32,007 nucleotides of DNA from Candidatus Babeliales bacterium (lineage in GTDB: Bacteria; Babelota; Babeliae; Babelales; Vermiphilaceae), in the NCBI GenBank assembly GCA_044451405.1, contig JBIOKB010000007.1, positions 1-32,007 of the forward strand, written 5' to 3'. The notes beneath the pieces were generated by a model. It was not told where the DNA came from. It did no database searches and saw only the letters and a list, made by a program, of their open reading frames with translations. Positions 26,803 through 32,007 of the stretch are shown here, piece by piece (position 1 is the first letter of the stretch; each line of letters starts with the position of its first letter). Both the position numbers and the translations under genes were made by a program.

Positions 26803-27232
26803 TCAGCGCACAATTGCTATTGATGTTGGGCAGCTTAAAAAAGATGCCCAGACAATCTTAGATGCATTAAAGTATAGTGATTTTGACCTAGGCATCTGGC
26901 TTACCACCAACCGCACCATTCACAAATATAACCGGGACTACCGGCATAAAGATAAGCCAACTGATATTTTATCATTCCCCTTTTACCCCAATTTAAAACC
27001 CGGCAAGCGCATTGTTGCTCCCAACGATGAGGATAAAAACCTCGGAGACCTTATTATTTCATTGGAATATGTACAGGCTGACGCCAAAAAGCTCGGGGTG
27101 CCCTTTGAACAACGCATGAAGCGGCTGCTCGTTCACGGTATCTGCCACCTGCTTGGCTATGACCATATTAAAGATGAGGATTACAAGGTTATGTACCGTA
27201 AAGAGATGGCGTTGCTGAAAAAACTCCGTTAA
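26783..27232 (+). CDS. ybeY: rRNA maturation endoribonuclease YbeY
   Basis: NRDYRHKDKPTDILSF, LGDLIIS, HGICHLLGYDH. Confidence 0.97.
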   Translation: MILIKNSQRTIAIDVGQLKKDAQTILDALKYSDFDLGIWLTTNRTIHKYNRDYRHKDKPTDILSFPFYPNLKPGKRIVAPNDEDKNLGDLIISLEYVQADAKKLGVPFEQRMKRLLVHGICHLLGYDHIKDEDYKVMYRKEMALLKKLR

Positions 27233-27320
27233 CAAGGGTTTATTTATGTGGTATATTGTGCTTTGCAACAGTCTTTTTTATACTGAAATCAATACGATCT
27301 TCTTACAGCAAGGACCTCTT

Positions 27321-27983
27321 ATGAACAACAGATATATTCTTATAGTAATAGTAGCGTTAGTACCGGCGGCAATGAAGGGGATGGCATCCAAACAGCCATG
27401 GGATGCCCCATTTAATATAGCAGATAGAAATGAATTCCCGGCAGCAACAGAAGAGGAATATAAAGCTGTCTGCGAAGCTCGTGAAAAATTGATGGCGCAC
27501 CACAATAATAATAACCACTTCTTGTCAACTAACGTAAAAAAAACTCTAGATAATTTAATCAACCCCCACCAAAATGAACCCTCTTTTTTAAGCAGATTTG
27601 GGAATCAGATCGGACTCGGGGTCGCATTAACCTTCGCTGGCCTTATCACTACTATGCTTGTTAGAAAATACCTAACACCAAAGTCAGAGCTTGATAGAGA
27701 AGCAACGCAAGCAACCATGACTGAGCAAACTATTCTTAAGAACTTAGAAGCTGATATCCAACGATTAATGCAAGACTTACCGCAAGTTCAAAAAAACCTT
27801 GAAACAGAAAAAAATCTAGAAAAAGCTGAATATTTAAAAATGATAATAGGCCAAGGGCAAGAGCTACTGCAAAGAAAAATGACGATGCATGCAGCATTGA
27901 GCCAAAAATTTAATGAAGATCAAACGCGCAGATATGCAGAGCAATTGCAAAGAACTACAGCAAAACCTGCTCCTGCGGCATAA
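27321..27983 (+). CDS. Exported or membrane protein with a central hydrophobic helix and coiled coil
   Basis: AAGGA RBS before ATG 27321 (ORF track start 27246), signal peptide ending PAAMKG-M, TM-like IGLGVALTFAGLITTMLV, ends PAPAA. Confidence 0.8.
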   Translation: MNNRYILIVIVALVPAAMKGMASKQPWDAPFNIADRNEFPAATEEEYKAVCEAREKLMAHHNNNNHFLSTNVKKTLDNLINPHQNEPSFLSRFGNQIGLGVALTFAGLITTMLVRKYLTPKSELDREATQATMTEQTILKNLEADIQRLMQDLPQVQKNLETEKNLEKAEYLKMIIGQGQELLQRKMTMHAALSQKFNEDQTRRYAEQLQRTTAKPAPAA

Positions 27984-27995
27984 CGGAGAACAAAT

Positions 27996-28469
27996 ATGAA
28001 TATAAAATATCTACTACTTATAACATTAACACTGCCTGCTGCTCCTATGTTTGCTATGCAAGGTGGCGGTGCACCTGCAGCAGCTGCGGCTCCCAATGCT
28101 GGGGGAAACAATGGTGCAGCAAAATTATTCAATTGGGAAAATTTTGCAATCGGCTGCACTGAAAAAGTTGTTGTTGGCCTTGTTGGTGCTGCAATAGGAG
28201 TTGTAATTAAAGAATGGATGAATCCTGATGATAAAAACAATTCAATTTTAAACCAGGACAAAGTGATTGAAAACACGCGCCAACAAATACAAAATCAACG
28301 TCATTTAGCTGCTACAACCACTGATAAAGAAATTGCTGCGCGATGTCTTAAAAATGCTGAATTTGCAGAATTATTACTTGCACAAGGAACTGCATTACGT
28401 AACAAAGATTTTGCAAACATATGTGAAAAGAAGGCGCTGGATACTGGCAATGCCGCTCCTGCTGCTTAA
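27996..28469 (+). CDS. Exported or membrane protein with a Gly-rich hydrophobic helix
   Basis: GGAGA RBS, signal peptide ending PMFA-M, VVVGLVGAAIGVVI segment, ends AAPAA. Confidence 0.8.
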   Translation: MNIKYLLLITLTLPAAPMFAMQGGGAPAAAAAPNAGGNNGAAKLFNWENFAIGCTEKVVVGLVGAAIGVVIKEWMNPDDKNNSILNQDKVIENTRQQIQNQRHLAATTTDKEIAARCLKNAEFAELLLAQGTALRNKDFANICEKKALDTGNAAPAA

Positions 28470-28488
28470 CAGAGTGTGAAAGGAAATT

Positions 28489-29241
28489 ATGAAAAAACTT
28501 ATCTATCTTTCACTTATACTAGTAAGTGTCTCACCTGTAGCTCATGGAGCTAATTGGTTCTCTCGCTTATTTGGATTTGGAGGAAATTCTAGTCCAAGTG
28601 ACGCTGATCAAGCATCCCATGCACTTGCTGGAGGAGATCCAATTTCTGAACGCAGAAATGCCTATATAGCAGACGCATTACATGACTTACCAGAAAGAGA
28701 TCGTCAAGATGTGCTACGGGATGTTGCAAAGCATAATTTAGTTCAAGACAGCGCATTGAATGAAGAAAGAGCAAAACAGATAGGTGAATATCGTGCTAGA
28801 GAAAAATGGCATGAATATCAAGCCAGCCCAGGTTTTTTTGCAAGGCTTCCAGGTCGGGCATCCGCGGGAGCTCTTGATGGATTTCAAGAAGTCATAGCAC
28901 AAGCTACTGCTGCTGGTACTCGTATCGCCTGTAATAAAGCGATTGAAACTTACCAAGAGAAAAATTTTTCTCCAGAAAAGCGCGCTTATTACGAAGGTTT
29001 AAAAAAGCTTCAAGAAGAAACTGAAGAAATAGATAAAAAAACATTGCTCTTAAATGTTCGAGCAGAACTTATCAAATCAAAGTTTGCTCAGGAAGCCGCT
29101 CAAAAAGAATTAGAGAAGCTTGAAAAAGTTCATCAAGAACACATGAAGAAAAAAACTGAGGCCGAAGCAAAGGCTAGAGAAGAAGCAGAAATGGATCTTA
29201 AGGTTGCAATTGCTGAACAACAAGGTTCAGTAACTGCTTAA
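28489..29241 (+). CDS. Exported coiled-coil protein
   Basis: AAGGA RBS, signal peptide MKKLIYLSLILVSVSPVAHG, Ala/Gly-rich central helix, K/E-rich coiled-coil C-terminus. Confidence 0.82.
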   Translation: MKKLIYLSLILVSVSPVAHGANWFSRLFGFGGNSSPSDADQASHALAGGDPISERRNAYIADALHDLPERDRQDVLRDVAKHNLVQDSALNEERAKQIGEYRAREKWHEYQASPGFFARLPGRASAGALDGFQEVIAQATAAGTRIACNKAIETYQEKNFSPEKRAYYEGLKKLQEETEEIDKKTLLLNVRAELIKSKFAQEAAQKELEKLEKVHQEHMKKKTEAEAKAREEAEMDLKVAIAEQQGSVTA

Positions 29242-29265
29242 TAACTGTAGCTTATTTAGAAATTA

Positions 29266-29305
29266 ATAAGGCCTGTATGAAATTCTCATACAGGCCTTAT
29301 GTTTT
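29266..29305. terminator. Bidirectional intrinsic terminator
   Basis: Perfect 15-bp stem ATAAGGCCTGTATGA (29266-29280) / TCATACAGGCCTTAT (29286-29300) between convergent genes, followed by GTTTT. Confidence 0.85.
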
Positions 29306-29321
29306 ATTCTTGAATTATAGT

Positions 29322-30503
29322 CTACGCTCGAGCAACAGACATTTTGCCGCGTAACCAGAAATAGCTTTTAACAAGCAATGCTATGGTTGCTACTGTAGCA
29401 ACTCCTACACCAAAAACTTTCCATACAGGTCTTGTTTTTTGTGCAGTTAAATCTGATAGCTTATCTAGTTTTTGCTTAAATTCTTTATTTAAGCGCTCTT
29501 CACGTTCTTCATGCTCTTTTGCTCTTTTTGCTTTAATTTCTTCTTCTGTTTTTAATTTAAGATCTCGAATGCGTATTGTTATAATATTCTCACTACGTTT
29601 GCGATAATCTTCAAGCTCAGGAGAACATATAGGATGCACTTTCCCTTTACATGATTTTTTTAAATGTTCCAAATTTGGACATCTAAAAGCAAAAGCTTTT
29701 AAAGTTCCAAGATTTGACTCAAGAATCTCAAGTGCAGCAAGTTTGTCATATAAAGAGTCTTTTTTACTAATACGATCTATTTCTGAAAACATATTTTGTT
29801 TTTGTTTTTCTATTTCAAGCAATTCTTCTAAAATTAGACTTTGATGAAGCCTACGCGTATGAAGCGCTTCGCCCCGATCAGAAGTATGTTTTTTTAATTC
29901 TACTGACCTTGCTCCAATTTCCTCTAAACGACCAAGAGCCTTTTGGAAATAGTTAATTCTATGACTGGAAAATAAACGCTCATCAATAACTTCATGTCTC
30001 ATATCAACAAAAGAATTCATGCTGTCATTAACGATTGTAGATCGCATAGCAAACTGAATATCAAATTCTATAAATGAATTAACTTTCTCACTAATTTCAG
30101 CTTTTAAAAGAGCCATTTCCCTTGTTAAAGGTTCTAATCCATCTTTCGATGTAGCTGCAGCTCTTTTAGTTTCCACTTCTTTGTGTTGTTGCTCATGTTT
30201 TTGTTTTTTTTCTCGTTGTTCCAATAATGCTAATTGCTCTGAAGCTTGATCAATATACCGTTGAGCCTGTGTTATTCCATTTTGCAGACGTCGTGGATTA
30301 TGAATACTTCTTCCAAGATCTGTCGCATATGCCCCAGATAAATGACTATGTCCAGTCATATTTAAAATCTCATCTGAAGATGTTTCATCTTCACTGGCAA
30401 GCGCAGGGTTATGCCCCGGTAACACGTGCATCATCCCCCAGGCGTGCCCCATGGGCAAGAATAAACCAAGGGCTAATAAATACATAAAATATTTATAATT
30501 CAT
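29322..30503 (-). CDS. Exported coiled-coil protein with a C-terminal transmembrane anchor
   Basis: Signal peptide MNYKYFMYLLALGLFLPMGHAWG-M (start 30503 or 30518), long helical body, C-terminal VFGVGVATVATIALLVKSYFW plus a short basic tail. Confidence 0.8.
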   Translation of the reverse strand: MNYKYFMYLLALGLFLPMGHAWGMMHVLPGHNPALASEDETSSDEILNMTGHSHLSGAYATDLGRSIHNPRRLQNGITQAQRYIDQASEQLALLEQREKKQKHEQQHKEVETKRAAATSKDGLEPLTREMALLKAEISEKVNSFIEFDIQFAMRSTIVNDSMNSFVDMRHEVIDERLFSSHRINYFQKALGRLEEIGARSVELKKHTSDRGEALHTRRLHQSLILEELLEIEKQKQNMFSEIDRISKKDSLYDKLAALEILESNLGTLKAFAFRCPNLEHLKKSCKGKVHPICSPELEDYRKRSENIITIRIRDLKLKTEEEIKAKRAKEHEEREERLNKEFKQKLDKLSDLTAQKTRPVWKVFGVGVATVATIALLVKSYFWLRGKMSVARA

Positions 30504-30637
30504 AGGAAACCTTATCATTTAAAAAAAACATCAAATATATGGGATATAATTAGTTATTAGTTTTAATAGTATATTTTTTTGAATTTTTTACCAGAGCCCC
30601 TAGAGATAGCCTTCTAGATAGTCATTTTCGAAAATTT

Positions 30638-30658
30638 TACCCCTAAAAAGGGGGTTTT
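30638..30658 (-). terminator. Weak hairpin after the symporter stop
   Basis: ACCCCT-AAAA-AGGGGGT next to the stop codon; short stem. Confidence 0.3.
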
Positions 30659-32007
30659 CAGTCATTGATCACATCAGATCGAGTATAGGCAAGAATTAAG
30701 AGAGCTATAAGGTTGGGCACCGCCACTAAAAAGAGTAGCGTATCCATAACCTCCCATATCAACCGCACGGGCGCAATAGGCCCTAAAAAAACTACGGTGA
30801 TGGCAAACCCGAGATACCAGCGTATCCACTGCTTGGTGCGTGCCACGGAAGTAACCGCTTGTGTGCCATTAAAAATGTTGCCAATGATGGTGGTAAGCAC
30901 AAATAACGTCACTGCACCAATTAAAATAAAGCGCCCAAACACGGGTGAATTCATTTTAAATACTTCATAAATGAGGGTGCTTCTAAAACTCCCACTCATC
31001 CATACCCCCGTCACCAGCACGAGTAATCCTGAAATTAATGATAAGCACGCATCGGCACCCATGGAATAGAGTGCAAGGATCCCTTGATCAGTTGGCCGCT
31101 TTGCATCAGACATTGCATGCGCTATTGATGAAGTACCAAGACCTGCTTCTGAAATAAAAATTGCTTGAAACGCCCCTGATTGCATCGCTTTAAGAATAGT
31201 AGCACCTGCAAATCCGCCCATGGCTGCTGCAGGAGACATAATACTATTGGCAACAAGCTTAAACGCCTGTGCAAGTGCGTGCAGATCACGAAATAAAATG
31301 AACAATGAAAAAGTAACATACAATACAAACATAATCGGCACTAATCTACTTGCAATAGAACCAACGCGGGAAGCTCCTCCTTGCAATACTACATAGGTAA
31401 TGCAGGCAAGCACGGCGCCCACTGCCCACACAGGAACCGCTTCTTGCGCAAATATCTGCGCTAAAGTATTTGCTTGTAATCCAGACCAGTACACAAAAAG
31501 AAACATCATCACGCCGATATACCAATATGCTAATACTGGATGCACGAGCTTAAGATATTGCATAGGACCACCAACAAGAGATCCGTCAGCCATTTTTACC
31601 CGCGTATATAATCCAAAGGTAACTTCAGTAAATTTAGTAGCTGATGCAAAAAAGATATATACAAGTAACCAAAATAATGCACCTGGGCCGCCCGCATAAA
31701 TTGCAATGGTTGGCCCTACAATGTTCCCCATGCCAATGGTTGTTGCCATAGCTGCAAACATTGCATGAAAGGGGTTGATCGTCTTACTTCCCTGCTCAGC
31801 TGCTTGACCACGTGCGTGTCCGCCGGAGCTTGCCGAGTCCGACGACCCGGATAAGCGTAGGCTGGAAGCACGAACCAATTTTAATAAACGTGGAAAGCCA
31901 CGGAACTGTATAAAGCGGAGCTTGAGTGTTAACAAAATTCCTGCACCAAAAAAGAGGATGGTAGATGGCAGGGCGATAACCTCATTAAAATATTGAAAAC
32001 AGGCAAG
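30658..32007 (-). CDS. Alanine/glycine:cation symporter (AGCS family, AlsT/AgcS-like), 5'-truncated by the window edge, with an in-frame insertion
   Basis: ATTIGMGNIVG...GGPGALFW, GGPMQYL, QANT, SEAGLGTSSIAHA, VPNLIAL. The frame stays open from 31935 to the window end (LACFQYFNEVIALPSTILFFGAGI...). Confidence 0.93.
   Translation of the reverse strand, partial: LACFQYFNEVIALPSTILFFGAGILLTLKLRFIQFRGFPRLLKLVRASSLRLSGSSDSASSGGHARGQAAEQGSKTINPFHAMFAAMATTIGMGNIVGPTIAIYAGGPGALFWLLVYIFFASATKFTEVTFGLYTRVKMADGSLVGGPMQYLKLVHPVLAYWYIGVMMFLFVYWSGLQANTLAQIFAQEAVPVWAVGAVLACITYVVLQGGASRVGSIASRLVPIMFVLYVTFSLFILFRDLHALAQAFKLVANSIMSPAAAMGGFAGATILKAMQSGAFQAIFISEAGLGTSSIAHAMSDAKRPTDQGILALYSMGADACLSLISGLLVLVTGVWMSGSFRSTLIYEVFKMNSPVFGRFILIGAVTLFVLTTIIGNIFNGTQAVTSVARTKQWIRWYLGFAITVVFLGPIAPVRLIWEVMDTLLFLVAVPNLIALLILAYTRSDVIND
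31814..31866. mobile_element. In-frame coding palindromic element, copy 2 (in the symporter gene)
   Basis: GCGTGTCCGCCGGAGCTTGCCGAGTCCGACGACCCGGATAAGCGTAGGCTGG is 46/52 identical to 19301-19352 and encodes SLRLSGSSDSASSGGHA. Confidence 0.88.

Noticed and set aside
30594-30625. GCCCCTAG..GATAG similarity to the hairpin at 9105
   Set aside because: The match is short and lacks the complementary arm, so it is probably coincidental.
151-31699. Numerous 60-140-aa ORFs antisense to or overlapping the main genes
   Set aside because: They are shadows of well-supported genes, with no RBS or recognisable motifs.

Overview
An AT-rich bacterial chromosomal window. It most resembles Candidatus Dependentiae/Babelota (TM6), which are intracellular parasites of protists. 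That assignment is inferred from the many orphan signal-peptide proteins, an ankyrin protein, a Cys-rich beta-barrel-like protein and an archaeal-type ValRS. Housekeeping genes are secA, pgeF, ftsZ, ftsA, a divergent ftsQ, a TrmH/RlmB methylase, two alr paralogues, truB, tyrS, valS, ybeY and an AlsT/AgcS symporter. They alternate with about 14 orphan exported proteins, several with eukaryote-like features (ubiquitin-like domain, DOT1-like methyltransferase with basic tails, ankyrin, SP/TP-rich tails, tail-anchored coiled coil). The clearest unexplained structure is a ~52-bp GC-rich palindromic element inserted in frame, in the same orientation and reading frame, in two unrelated genes 12.5 kb apart (truB and the symporter). 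It adds the peptide SLRLSGSSDSAS(Y/S)GG(Q/H)A to both, and a shorter relative lies in an intergenic region. Other oddities are a site-2 protease homologue without catalytic residues, an alr paralogue with a changed specificity residue, a recurrent intergenic GTGC-N5-GCAC palindrome that is tandemly repeated at the valS promoter, shared motifs at signal-peptide cleavage sites, and two probable homopolymer frameshifts. No rRNA, tRNA, CRISPR array or transposase was seen. All calls come from reading the sequence by eye; no searches were run.
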